From Asterias rubens (Eukaryota), in the NCBI RefSeq assembly GCF_902459465.1, contig NC_047067.1, positions 4,092,001 to 4,156,000 on the forward strand: DNA of 64,000 bases. Direction: 5' to 3'. The notes under the pieces were generated by a model. That model was not told where the DNA came from. It searched no databases and worked only from the letters and a program-made list of their open reading frames with translations. Both the position numbers and the translations under genes were made by a program. Positions 51,801 through 60,916 of this stretch are shown here, in pieces (within the stretch, counting starts at the first letter, position 1; every line of letters begins with the position of its first letter).

Positions 51801-54800
51801 ATGCTTTGAATTTGCATTTTTGAAATTTTTGCATTTTTTTTCTTTTTCTCCCCAATAATAAAAAGGTCCAGATGTAAATGGTAAGTTTTTTCATTTCGTC
51901 AAAACATTCTATGTAAATGATGAAAACGATTCTTTTTTTGTATTTATCCTATCGATTTGTTAAATTGTATTGATTACTCCATCCTAGAAAACTATGGTTT
52001 GGCCCCTTATTGGTGTTTGTTTCGTCTCTTGTTGACAAATCTAAATATCGCAAACGGCAAACAATCCAACGTACCAGACACAAGCTCTGTTGTTGTCAGC
52101 CGCAGAATGTGGGTTCGAATCCTGGTCATGACTTTTGTGCCCTTGATCAAGGCACTTCACTTTACTCGCTTTGTAAAATGTTCGAAGGTTGTGCATTCTG
52201 CTCTACCAGCCAGGCTCCTAGTGGATGATACCCAAGCCTACATCCTTACATACTGTGAAGGGGGTAACTGTATATCAACCCATGTTGTTATTGGCAACAG
52301 AATGTGGGTTTGAATCCTGGTCATGACTCTTGTGTCCTTGATCAAGGCATTTCACTTTGTAAAGTGTTCGTCGAAGGTTGTGTATTCTGCTCTATCAGCC
52401 AGGCTCCTAGTGGTTATATCTAAGCCTACATCCTTGGAGACTGTGTATGGGTAACTGTATTCCAGCCCCTTGAGTAGGTGACAAAATGCCCTTTCAGTTG
52501 ATTTGTGTTGACAGCCAAAATCAGTTACTATTGACCGCGCTAAATTAACACACGAGCTGCGAAAATTCGTAATAAATTATGGAAAACACTATACAGCAGA
52601 ACAATAACAATCAATTAAAATATTAATATTAAAGACATTTTTGTTTTTAGATGTGTTTGTAAGAGAGCCACGGTTCCGAAGCAAACCTGCGCAGAAATGA
52701 GCAACGTTTCACTTTTATTGATTCCCACGTACAGATCACGTGATACTAGAATCAACCAATGGCGAGATGGAAGATGTTGATATCCCACTCCTGGCTTTCT
52801 ACACACATTCGTCCTATTTGCTGCGGTTCAGTGTCATGTGTTACGACAGTGTTCGCATCGGATTCAAATCTGCAGTTTATTCGCATGTCTACTACTACGT
52901 TTGTGAGTACAACAAATAATATCAGTCTCGAGTATGCTACGCTTTGTGCGTAATGTAAAGAATGATACGTTTAATAATTATGTAATTTTTCATTAAAAGC
53001 ATTTCTCCATTTAATTATGGAGACCTCTTAGCACAAAAGGCATTAGGGAACTTTTGGGATGATTGGTGGCAGCAGTCTTATCATGTAAAATCCATTGACT
53101 TCGTTAATGTGCGCATGCTCAGAACTACGTAAGCAATAGCAAAATACCTGGTAAGTCTGCTGCCACCTTGCGTTCCAAAGGCTTCTATTGACTCGAGCGC
53201 AGAATTACTTTAACGCATTGATGATGTAGCTTTGCAGATTTTAACAGAACAAAAACAGGGCTCTTTTTTTCCTGACTGGATAATTACCAATCCGAGTCTT
53301 AGGTTACAATATTGTGTCTGTTCATTTTGTGAGCAGAAAACTAGCTGGTTCATTTCGTGCTAGTTACTTAGGTCAAGTCGGTATTCATTTTATTAAAAAC
53401 ATTTTGCTATTCTCAAGTAGTATGAGAATCAAGTCCCACGCAAACACTAGTCACCGCTTCTGTGATTGCCAGTATCACAAAACTAGCAACACAATAATAA
53501 GACATTGAGAACATTATTCAAAAAAGTTAACCTTTTTATTTATGTTTTTTTAATTTCAGATTTGGGTAAAACGTCAGCTCGGATTGAACACTGTGAGAAC
53601 ACATGTCAAAGTGTATCTGAGGTTGACATTAGCGGTCAACTGAGTGCGACAGCCTTTGCTGATTACTACATCCGATTTACATCAACTGGGTCTCTGATAG
53701 TTGGTATCCTTGATGCATCATTTACTGAGCTGATGTCATTCAACGGTGAACCACCAACATGTCCTTTGCTCGTGTTTGTCAGCTCTGGGGACGGTTATAT
53801 GGCAACCTGGAAGATATATGAAGCCATCACCGAGCAAGGTTTGCCCATCATTTGTTTTTTATACTGATAAAAACCATTCATAAACTAACTTGGTAGGCCT
53901 ATTTATTTATTACGATCCTGTTTAAACTTTATTCATTGGTTTTTGTTTACGTGTTATCCATCTAAAAAGGGGCGAATAATTGCTTATTAATTATCATTTG
54001 TCATTATAATTAATTGTTCTTGGTAGAACTAATATATCGCTAGGGGATCTTTCAAATAAGTATTTCATAGGTATAGGTATGGGTGCATTATTATATTTAA
54101 ATTAATAAACAGACACAAAATGTCCCAGTGCGCTTCAAACTAACGGGACAATTTTTACAGTTTGTTTGTTTTCTATGGCGAGTTTGAGGGAAAAATAACT
54201 GGCTTCATAATAAAACATGTCATTCGGGTTTCTGTTTATAACGAAAATTGAGTTTGGGGGTCGAACAAAGATTTGACTTGAGTGGGATTCGAACCAAGGA
54301 CCTCCGGATTAACGTGTCGGCGCTCTTCCAACTGAGCTATCTAGCCCTCTATTGGCGGTCTCCCTATTATGTCAAAATCTTTGTTCGGGGTGCCAATTCT
54401 TTGTCCAAGCCCCCAAATCATATACAAATTTACTCAGTCGGTTTCACTTGTGGTTTTTATTGATATAAAGAAAGTTGTTAACCATATCATGCTGTCATCT
54501 GTTTATCCACAGTTAATACAATTACCTGGCGAACAGTCAACGTGAACCTGAGATCCGATCAGTACACTTACCTGGGTGAAAGCTTCCAGGTATACGACCG
54601 ACAATTACGACTTGGTCTAGCGATAGATTCAGAGGTGACGGTATTGCTATCCAAGGGATATGATGACGCCAATAATTATGAGATTGGTAGGTTCTAAACG
54701 CTATATTGTAACTTCTAAACAAAATGTTATAAGTATTGACAATTGTATTGATTGTGGAAGTGTCGTGGCGGAGCGGAAAAGCACCGAATTTCAAACTCCG

Positions 54801-57800
54801 GTGTTTCTTATCAGCAGAGTGTGGGTTCGAATACCCAGCCGTGACACTTGTGTCCTTAAGCAAGACACTTTACCATTGCTTCGTCCTTCGGATGGGATGT
54901 AAAGCCGTTGGTCCCACGTGTTGTGTAACTCATGTAAAAGAACCCAGTACAAAAAGCGAAGGGGTTTGCCCCGGTGTTCCTGGCTGTGGCTGATGTATGC
55001 GCAGTAGCACCTTGTACACCCTTGTAAAGGTGCTATACATAATTGGGTCTCAGAATTCATCTCTGCAATAACCTATCTTTCTGAAAGTTGGTATATACTC
55101 AGCGCCTTGTGTACATTGTGTGGTAGATACGTGCGCTATGTAAGACTTCGATATTATTATAATTATATTTACAGACCTAACGTGCAAAATCTGTGATTTA
55201 AAAGAATTGTTTTAATGTGGTTACTTATACATTTAAAGGGTCATGATACCTTTTGTAGATAAAGTTTTTGGCCATGACATGAATCCGTACTCACTGTGAA
55301 TGAAGATATGTAATATGATTTACATAAACAAGTTTCAGCTTCATTAATCGTCAAGTTTTGGAGACAAAAGTGAAAATTACAGAGTGATGTTTTCAGGAGA
55401 GTAGCGTAAATACTAGTTTACTAGTACTGGTAAATACGATATGCATGCTAAAAAAATCGTATCTTGGGATTAAAGTTATTTTCGTGACATTAATTTACTA
55501 GATTCTCAAAAACTACAGCATCTTTAGCAAGTAATATTTTGAGGGAAGATTGCTACCATCGTTATCTTCAACAAGTTGAATGTTGTGTTTTGTGTCCTAC
55601 AAAAAATACCTTAACCCATTAAATGTCATTGTTTGTGTAGATTTTGTACTAAATTTTGCTTTGTTTTGTTGCTGTTCAAAAACAGTCTTCCGAGCCGCAG
55701 GAAACACAAAACTGCAAATCAAGAAAAACGGTGAAGTTGTGAAAGAAGGGGACTGCGTGGTTAATAGCTCCAGCCTCGATGACTTTGAAGACTTCTGGAT
55801 AAGCTTCGCTAAGAGTACCATCTCAGTTGGTCGAGTTGGTCTGGACATGCAACCTGCATTTGTCTCGTGGTCGGACACCTCGTCACTTGAGGTCTCACTT
55901 GCAGCCTTCAAGGGAGCGTCATCTTCATATCTTGTGTACTACAAATTCGAATATCAAACTGGTAAGTGGCCATGAGCTAACATCCTGTATTCTATATTCG
56001 TAAATACCTCAGACAGTTTCGCTATTCCTAATGGTAGAGAGCGCGTCACGTGGGTGTGTATAAACCTTTGTTTATGACCAGTAAAAAGCTGGAGGGGTGT
56101 TGTGTTGAAAGAAATCATTGAACAATTATAATGTTTGCATTTATTTTATTTTGTTACAAATTGTTTTGGATGTTTTTGACCGAAAAGGTATTGATGAATG
56201 GGAATCAAAGTGTGTTGAATCGGTTTTCAACTAATGGTTTAAACCCGCCGAGGCCTGGTTCTTGATAATTTACCTCGACTTCGTCTTGGTAAAATTATCA
56301 AAAACCAGGCCTCGATGGGATTAAACCACTAGTTGAAAACCTCTTCACCATACATTGATTCCCTTGTTAAAGGCACTGGACTCTATTAGTAAATAATCAA
56401 AATAATTGTTAGCAGATATCAATTACCTGGTACTGAGCAACGGAGAGAGTTGATAGTGTTGTGAGACACGGCTCCCTCTGAAGTAACGTAGTTTTTGAGA
56501 AAAAGGCAATTGCTCACTCAATGACATTTAAATACTTAAAGCCTGACAGCTTTTTAAGACATCTGAAAGCACACAAAATGTGTACAGTATGTTTTTCTCT
56601 ATATTTTCTTGCAATTTGGATGTTATTTCTCTCATTATTCTTGCAACTGGGATGGCTAATTGAGTCAAATTTTTACAGATGTGTTATCTTATGCAATGTT
56701 GGGATACACCAATTTTGAGGATACTGCCCTTTGACAATTACCAAGAGTGTTTAGTGCCTTTAATGCTTACCTTAAAGATTTGGGAAGTAAGTGTTAGCGC
56801 CCACTTTTGTGGCTGCGAGTAAACTTCGTTTGGCTCTTTCTGTCTCTTATTCTTCAACGTATGAATTCATTCCTGTTTTTTGTGTGGATTTGTTTTCTGA
56901 GTTCCTTAGGAACTAAAATTCATGGCAGCGTTTGAGCATTCACTGCACATTGGTTTTAGTTGCCGGTGTCCCATGGAAAGCTGTCCGTCGGAGATTCTGT
57001 CGTGGGCTGAAGGAGTATGATTCAAAAGAGGGCGCTATCAGAAGACGTTTGTGCACAGTTTGCCGTATGGGGGGGGGGGACACGACCGGCATTCTGTGAA
57101 AAAAAAGGCTACAGAGAAGAGCACAACACCTAGTCTCAAGCTTACCCCTGTGACTGCATTGATTCCTTTTCCATACTTGATTTCTAACATCTTTTTTTAT
57201 TTGACGATCATTTATATTTAGCAAGGGGTATATTCTGGACCTTCGATTGCGACATGGCGTACCCACTACCATTTGAGAAAATTAAAATGCCACAAACAGC
57301 GCTGGAGATTGGTTTGACCGCAGACTGTGATGCTCATTTCAGTATTGCTGCTACAGACGAAGACAGCCCAGATGCTCCGATGTACGAAGTTGGTATGTGA
57401 AGTTTAAATACATTAGCCCACTGTCAATGTTACCGATGTACTTTTTTCGTTAAACTATTAATTTTATTATTATATATATTTTGTTTAAGTGGAAGAGGAT
57501 CTGTGTTGCAATTTGATTGCAATGTATGTTTCAATACTTTTGTTTTGTTTAGTTTTGTGTTAATTCTATCAGGATTGGGGGGAAGGGGGTACGATGTGGC
57601 CCTGCCATATTTTTGTCAGTATACTTTTAAGGCTGCGTCTGATCAATACCAATTTAATCAGAAATTGCCCCAACGGCATGACCCTAGTGGTATAATAAAG
57701 TCATTATTGATCATGTCAAAGCAAGCAAGAATTTGTAGCACACAATGTGACAAAATAATGTATCATGTTTAATTTGGCTTCATCGATCAATGTTACTGTG

Positions 57801-59335
57801 TATTGAGTACAGACGATGTGACTCGAAAACCATAACATGATTCGCGCGCATACTGCCGGGCAAAACCTTTGTGTTTTGACAGCCAGCTAGAAAGCGTACC
57901 ATGACTACGAGTCTTTTTGCCCGGCGAAACATGACGTATACATAGGTCACATCGTCTATTGCATGTAAATAATTGGGTTGGTGACTTAATAAAGTACACT
58001 ATACTGATTGTTATTTCGTTATCTTATTACAGTGATTGGAGCTGAGGATAACACCAAATGCCTCATTCGCAAATGCAAAGAATGTGAGTGTATGGCCGAA
58101 GTAGACTGCCCACATATCCTAGATAAGAACAAGCAGGTCGACTTCACCTTCGAGTTTGAGTTTGGTCACTTGAAACTCTTCAAGGGTAAGGGGGCTTCCA
58201 AGTCGGCCCAACCCATCATGTCATGCGAAGATCCAGAACCATTGATTGGTCTGGAGTACTTGGCGTTAAGTACTGGATTCGAAAGCGACGGAGAATCACA
58301 CTGGAGGACATATAATGTGTAGTAAGTTGACAAATGTATGTTTATTATTATCACTTGATTAACATGGTCTTCAACATAATGCACTGGACACGTTTGATAG
58401 TATTGTCAAAGACCAGTATTCCCACTAGGTGTATGCATAAAACAATCAAATATGTAGAGATTTTGGCTCAATATTGGGCATCGAAAGTTGTGTGCTTTCA
58501 GATGCATTAATAAAGCTTCAGGCCTGAAGTCTCTCTTTGGTTAAAATATACTGAGTGATAAATTACCTCTTTCTCCAAAACTTTGTTTCTTTATGTTATC
58601 AGCAGCTATCCATTGCTCGGGTTTCAATTAGGGATTATGCTAACATATAATTTGAAAAAATACAATCAAATGTGTGAAGTGCCTTTAAAGGCAGTGGACA
58701 CTATTGGCAATTAATCAAAAATAATTATTAGCATAAAACCTTACTTGGTAACGAGGAATGGGGGAAGAGGTTGATAGTATAAAACATTGTGAGAAACGGC
58801 TCACTCATACCTCAGAATTAGATTTTGAGGTATCGGAATCAAGCATTTGAAAGCACACAACTTCATGTGACAAGGTGTTTTTTCTTCCATTGTTATCTCG
58901 CAACTTCTACGACCAATATTGAGCTCACATTTTCACAGGTTTGTAATTGTTAGCATATGTTGAGATATACCAAGTGAGAAGACTGGTCTTTGACAACTAC
59001 CAATAGATATTGTCGAGTGCCTTTAATGTCAATAGAGTGTAGTTACTCAAAATCAGTGAAACTAGGTGGGACACCGAGCGTCACTATTAAACATCATTAT
59101 GGCCGACAACGACCATAAAGTCTGCAAGGGGTTTGTCGGACACTATACTAATGACCAGTAAAACCAATGGGTCCGACATAAAGTTTCATATCATTTGTAA
59201 GACTTGATGGTTTGGACAAGTTTGTTTGACACACGTATCAATTATTTATTTGTTCTTTCATAGCTAACCCTGAATATATGTTTAAATTCAGTTTTGTAAT
59301 CAAGGAATAATGTTTTAATCTTCTTTGATTTCAGA
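16095..59335 (+). CDS. Gene B: giant secreted modular protein, SP-(EGF / Ser-His linker)n-EGF6-FAMeT x3; 76 coding exons, about 2229 aa (about 2189 aa without the LINE-disrupted exon)
   Basis: Exons: 16095-16149, 16661-16733, 18105-18139, EGF 19096, 22 linker exon pairs and 12 EGF exons in 20875-45134, 46182-46298, 46517-46562, 46896-46921, 47280-47393, 47975-48097, 49517-49636, 49853-49969, 50737-50856, 51866-51880, 52735-52902, 53560-53838, 54513-54686, 55686-55961, 57222-57392, 58033-58321, 59335. All junctions are GT-AG and phase-compatible. Summed length 6690 nt is divisible by 3 with no internal stop, using the native 120-nt length for exon 36662. Confidence 0.85.
16661..16733 (+). CDS. 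Exon 2 (phase 1-2): end of signal peptide plus Gly/Ser linker
   Basis: tacag|...|gtgagt; [25 protein letters not shown], plausible cleavage after VDG. Confidence 0.75.
16822..17207. mobile_element. Kolobok-like MITE family A
   Basis: TTAA|AGGCAGTGGACACTATTGGTAATT...AATTACCAATAGTGTCCACCGCCT|TTAA. Confidence 0.9.
17209..17378. mobile_element. Small TIR element abutting the Kolobok-like MITE
   Basis: GCCCGGTCACACATGCCTCGATAACGA / TCGTTATCGCGGAAGTGTGCCTCGGCC imperfect inverted ends. Confidence 0.5.
18105..18139 (+). CDS. Exon 3 (35 nt, phase 2-1): [11 protein letters not shown]
   Basis: Long pyrimidine tract + ctgcag acceptor; restores phase 1 for the first EGF exon; weak donor gtaaaa. Confidence 0.7.
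18280..18610. repeat. Three degenerate repeats of about 125 bp
   Basis: GGTCC(C/A)ACTTCC...GTCA.CA.G.GGT(C/T)CA recurs near 18300, 18420, 18545. Confidence 0.55.
19096..19215 (+). CDS. EGF exon type A (7 Cys), first copy
   Basis: [40 protein letters not shown]; 120 nt, phase 1-1. Confidence 0.92.
   Translation, partial: HQVLSLVIVIHANMAVYAIIMEQHMSVFAPVAAQEHAVN
19242..19437. mobile_element. MITE with TA/TATA target duplication
   Basis: TATAGACGATGTGACCT...AGGTCACATCGTCTATA; empty site CCGTCTTATATACAC in sister introns; second copy 57811-57958. Confidence 0.85.
19590..19760 (-). mobile_element. 3' fragment of a second L2-clade LINE
   Basis: Minus strand reads [38 protein letters not shown], homologous to the C-terminus of the 36.8-39.4 kb LINE. 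Confidence 0.7.
20476..20655. mobile_element. Long hairpin element (about 180 bp)
   Basis: ACACATATTGACTGGCA...TGCCAGTCAATATGTGT with arms paired to the centre. Confidence 0.65.
20875..22149 (+). CDS. Linker cluster 1 (2 exon pairs)
   Basis: 20875-20950 + 21388-21419; 21646-21739 + 22118-22149; [78 protein letters not shown]. Confidence 0.85.
22360..22727 (+). CDS. EGF pair A+B (22360-22479, 22608-22727)
   Basis: A: [40 protein letters not shown]; B: [40 protein letters not shown]. Confidence 0.92.
23137..24448 (+). CDS. Linker cluster 2 (2 pairs)
   Basis: 23137-23230 + 23578-23609; 23878-23971 + 24417-24448. Confidence 0.85.
24650..25017 (+). CDS. EGF pair A+B (24650-24769, 24898-25017)
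   Basis: Near-identical to the 22360 pair; 120-nt phase 1-1 exons. Confidence 0.92.
25427..27680 (+). CDS. Linker cluster 3 (3 pairs)
   Basis: 25427-25520 + 25868-25899; 26168-26261 + 26719-26750; 27105-27198 + 27649-27680. Confidence 0.85.
27882..28249 (+). CDS. EGF pair A+B (27882-28001, 28130-28249)
   Basis: As above. Confidence 0.92.
28659..30910 (+). CDS. Linker cluster 4 (3 pairs)
   Basis: 28659-28752 + 29101-29132; 29401-29494 + 29950-29981; 30336-30429 + 30879-30910. Confidence 0.85.
31112..31479 (+). CDS. EGF pair A+B (31112-31231, 31360-31479)
   Basis: As above. Confidence 0.92.
31889..36462 (+). CDS. Linker cluster 5 (6 pairs)
   Basis: 31889-31982 + 32331-32362; 32631-32724 + 33184-33215; 33570-33675 (106 nt) + 33897-33928; 34074-34167 + 34627-34658; 35023-35116 + 35494-35525; 35880-35973 + 36431-36462. 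Confidence 0.85.
36662..36780 (+). pseudogene. EGF type A exon separated from its splice donor by a LINE insertion
   Basis: Intact acceptor and 119 of 120 nt; the final G and GTAAGC donor are displaced to 39434-39440. Read-through gives CEN(N)9ENL-stop (TAA 36817). Carries a private CCC>TCC (P>S) change. Confidence 0.85.
36781..39428 (-). mobile_element. 5'-truncated L2-clade (CR1 group) non-LTR retrotransposon: endonuclease C-terminus + reverse transcriptase, inactive
   Basis: GGDFN and SDH endonuclease motifs; RT motifs [25 protein letters not shown]; L2-type [13 protein letters not shown]; (ATT)n tail; in-frame TAG at 39192-39194; 1-nt frameshift near 37570; candidate TSD AAAAT. Confidence 0.95.
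39550..39669 (+). CDS. EGF exon type B
   Basis: [40 protein letters not shown] with intact AG/GT. Confidence 0.9.
   Translation, partial: DLFKTHVRITLASMGEHVHLMDPATDAVARQRTWVLDAN
40079..42716 (+). CDS. Linker cluster 6 (4 pairs)
   Basis: 40079-40172 + 40522-40553; 40702-40807 (106 nt) + 41029-41060; 41208-41301 + 41748-41779; 42134-42227 + 42685-42716. Confidence 0.85.
42916..43282 (+). CDS. EGF pair A+B (42916-43035, 43163-43282)
   Basis: [12 protein letters not shown]... and [12 protein letters not shown]... Confidence 0.92.
43694..45134 (+). CDS. Linker cluster 7 (2 pairs; last partner is a unique 65-nt exon)
   Basis: 43694-43787 + 44083-44114; 44386-44479 + 45070-45134 ([22 protein letters not shown], phase 2-1). 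Confidence 0.8.
46182..46298 (+). CDS. Basic Lys/Arg/Tyr-rich EGF exon
   Basis: [39 protein letters not shown]; 117 nt, phase 1-1. Confidence 0.88.
46517..46921 (+). CDS. Short linker exon pair (46517-46562 phase 1-2; 46896-46921 phase 2-1)
   Basis: [16 protein letters not shown] + SSSSAEIE; only the pair preserves frame. Confidence 0.65.
47280..47393 (+). CDS. EGF exon
   Basis: [38 protein letters not shown]. Confidence 0.9.
47975..48097 (+). CDS. EGF exon
   Basis: [41 protein letters not shown]. Confidence 0.9.
48659..48697 (-). ncRNA. Minimal type I hammerhead ribozyme, Penelope-like element type
   Basis: Minus strand GCCT-CTGAAGA-A-GGTCC(GGATT)GGATC-GAA-AGCT-A-AGGC: core CUGANGA/GAAA, helix II 5 bp, palindromic AGCT helix III, CUA cleavage triplet, helix I GCCT/AGGC. 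Confidence 0.65.
49517..49636 (+). CDS. EGF exon
   Basis: [40 protein letters not shown]. Confidence 0.9.
49853..49969 (+). CDS. EGF exon
   Basis: [39 protein letters not shown]. Confidence 0.9.
   Translation, partial: SNLVPVRTAHAPTVEPAFRTVKISSVNAQNNSRVDDAK
50030..50683. mobile_element. Two back-to-back Kolobok-like MITEs sharing a TTAA (50305-50308)
   Basis: Decayed family B copy ending GTGTCCAGTGCATTTAA, then family A copy 50305-50683 ending GTGTCCACTGCCTTTAA. Confidence 0.75.
50737..50856 (+). CDS. EGF exon (last)
   Basis: [40 protein letters not shown]. Confidence 0.9.
51866..51880 (+). CDS. 15-nt micro-exon (SPDVN), gene B
   Basis: aaaag|GTCCAGATGTAAATG|gtaagt; paralogue of 709-723. 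Confidence 0.75.
52085..52480 (+). mobile_element. Two tandem head-less tRNA-derived SINE bodies
   Basis: Orthologous to 961-1780. Confidence 0.6.
52735..53838 (+). CDS. Gene B FAMeT-like domain 1 (52735-52902, 53560-53838)
   Basis: Same sizes as and near-identical protein to gene A domain 1 (for example AFCTH>AFYTH). Confidence 0.78.
54263..54392 (-). mobile_element. tRNA-derived repeat (SINE head)
   Basis: Minus strand GGGCTAGATAGCTCAGTTGGAAGAGCG...GGTTCGAATCCC with A and B boxes but a poorly paired acceptor stem; decayed relatives near 45250-45310 and 45470-45545. Confidence 0.65.
54513..55961 (+). CDS. Gene B FAMeT-like domain 2 (54513-54686, 55686-55961)
   Basis: ...DANNYEI + [16 protein letters not shown]...[20 protein letters not shown]... 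Confidence 0.82.
54754..55165 (+). mobile_element. Full-length tRNA-derived SINE with an L2-type 3' tail
   Basis: A box GTGGCGGAGCGG, B box GGTTCGAATAC, core GACACTTGTGTCCTTAAGCAAGACAC, 3' AGCGC...GCGCT stem and TATTAT tail; absent from the gene A intron. Confidence 0.8.
56197..56365. mobile_element. Long hairpin element
   Basis: GGGAATCAA...TTTTCAACTAATGGTTTAA...GAGGCCTGGTT / AACCAGGCCTC...TTAAACCACTAGTTGAAAA...TTGATTCCC. Confidence 0.6.
56367..56763. mobile_element. Kolobok-like MITE family B
   Basis: TTAA|AGGCACTGGAC...GTGTTTAGTGCCT|TTAA; 5' remnant at the same intron position in gene A (about 4513-4635). Confidence 0.8.
57222..58321 (+). CDS. Gene B FAMeT-like domain 3 (57222-57392, 58033-58321)
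   Basis: ...[23 protein letters not shown] + [15 protein letters not shown]...[30 protein letters not shown]. Confidence 0.85.
57811..57958. mobile_element. Second copy of the AGACGATGTGAC MITE
   Basis: Same internal sequence as 19242-19437. Confidence 0.75.
58378..59026. mobile_element. Two adjacent Kolobok-like MITEs sharing TTAA at 58685-58688
   Basis: ...GAAGTGCCT|TTAA|AGGCAGTGGACAC...GAGTGCCT|TTAA. Confidence 0.75.
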
Positions 59336-59520
59336 TTCTGAAGGTCACACGGCTTCTTCAAATTCGATGGAAATAGACACACGACTACACAAAGAGTGAC
59401 AATGAATTTATTTAAAAACAGCAACATTTACTCAAGAACAATTTCTTAACATGTAAGCAAAACTTATTTTAATAGTGATTATGCTGGTTTTTACAGGGAT
59501 TTTTTTTTTTAGAGGAAACA
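59335..59520 (+). other. Gene B putative terminal exon (completes TA|A stop, then 3' UTR)
   Basis: ttctttgatttcag|A; homologous to 7533 onward; exon end uncertain. Confidence 0.55.
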
Positions 59521-59849
59521 ATATAATTTTAAAGAAAATATTGTCTTAGTTTTAAACACTAATATTTCGATTGTTAAGAAAGCTATAATAACATAATATA
59601 TTATGATAAAGCATCAATTCCGAATAGACTGTTGTTAGTATTCAGGTTTAGAAACTCTATCAACTGCATGAGTCAGCTAAGAAAATAGGCTGATTCAGAA
59701 CAGCAACATTTAGCTCCCTAAACTTTGTTTTCATCTTCTTGTAGCCCTTGTACTAGTGACTGTCAAACTTGTTTGAGAAGAACTTTTAATTTCTCCTTAA
59801 TAGACAAAGGACGAGGAAACATCTACAGGTAATTCACACTTATTTCAAG

Positions 59850-60430
59850 CACTTTTGAAACACTCGTTTACAAAACTCAACTGAAGCACTCATTTGTAGC
59901 ACTCTTTTGAATCGGTTTGGCACTCATTCAAAATACTCATTTGAATCACTCATTTGAATCACTCATTTGGAACACTTATTTGAAACCCATTTGAAGCGCA
60001 TATTTTAAAGCAATAATGTGAAGCAATCTTTTGATAAACTCACTTGAAGCACTCATTTGAAACGCTCAGTTAAAAACTCTTTTGAAGAACTCATTTGAAG
60101 TAAATTGAAACACTGATTTGAAGCACTCATTTCAAGCACTCAATTGAACACTAATTTGAAGCGCATAATAAAAACATTCATTTGAAACAATTAAAGCACT
60201 ATTTTTAAGTGAAGCCATCTTTTGAAAAACTCATTTGAAACACTCATTTTAAATACTCATTGAAACTCTCAAGTGAAACATTTTAAATACTCATTTGAAA
60301 CTCTCAAATGAAACACTCAATTAAAGCGCATAATTATTTCAAACATTCATTTGACACAATTTAAGCACTAATATGAAGCCATCTTTTGAAAAACTCACTT
60401 GAAACACTCATGTGAAACACTCACTCAGTT
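59850..60430. repeat. Degenerate 13-bp minisatellite, paralogue of 8390-9120
   Basis: CACTCATTTGAA variants. Confidence 0.88.
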
Positions 60431-60916
60431 TAAACCGTTGCTAACACATAATCTTTGACGTGTTTGATATGAGTTTAAAGGATACTGATAACTTACGTTT
60501 AAAATGCATAAATTATTAGGCGTTATTAATAACAAGTTAAAAAAAACATCTATTTAGCAATATGTGCAGTAATTAAAACATATGGTATTTGGGAAATTAT
60601 TTTAATATAATAAATCCTGCATCAAATCTAACTGAATCTCGTTTGACAACCAATTGTTGAATCATTGATCTCACTATAAGGAATGTTATTATGGTAACCA
60701 ACTACATGGATGTAGATTTAGTGTAGACGTGTAAATCAATGTAAACGATCATTGAAGATAACAGTGAAATGAGAGTCGTCTGGCTGTCTGGTCACGTTGA
60801 TGAACGCGAAAGCAATAAACAAAACAACCTATAGCAACAGAATCACTGGAAATGATTCTTACTTGCGTATCGTGTTGTCTGGACTGAACTAAGGGTCGGT
60901 TCAAATTGGAGACGCA

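Noticed and set aside
54263-54347. Functional tRNA-Asn(GTT) gene
   Set aside because: Acceptor stem pairs poorly, it is embedded in a longer repeat, and decayed copies occur near 45.3-45.5 kb; treated as a SINE head.
52735-58321. Annotation as a juvenile-hormone pathway farnesoic acid O-methyltransferase enzyme
   Set aside because: The domains sit at the end of a secreted EGF-repeat protein, are triplicated and divergent, and I see no SAM-binding motif; the domain name alone does not imply the activity.
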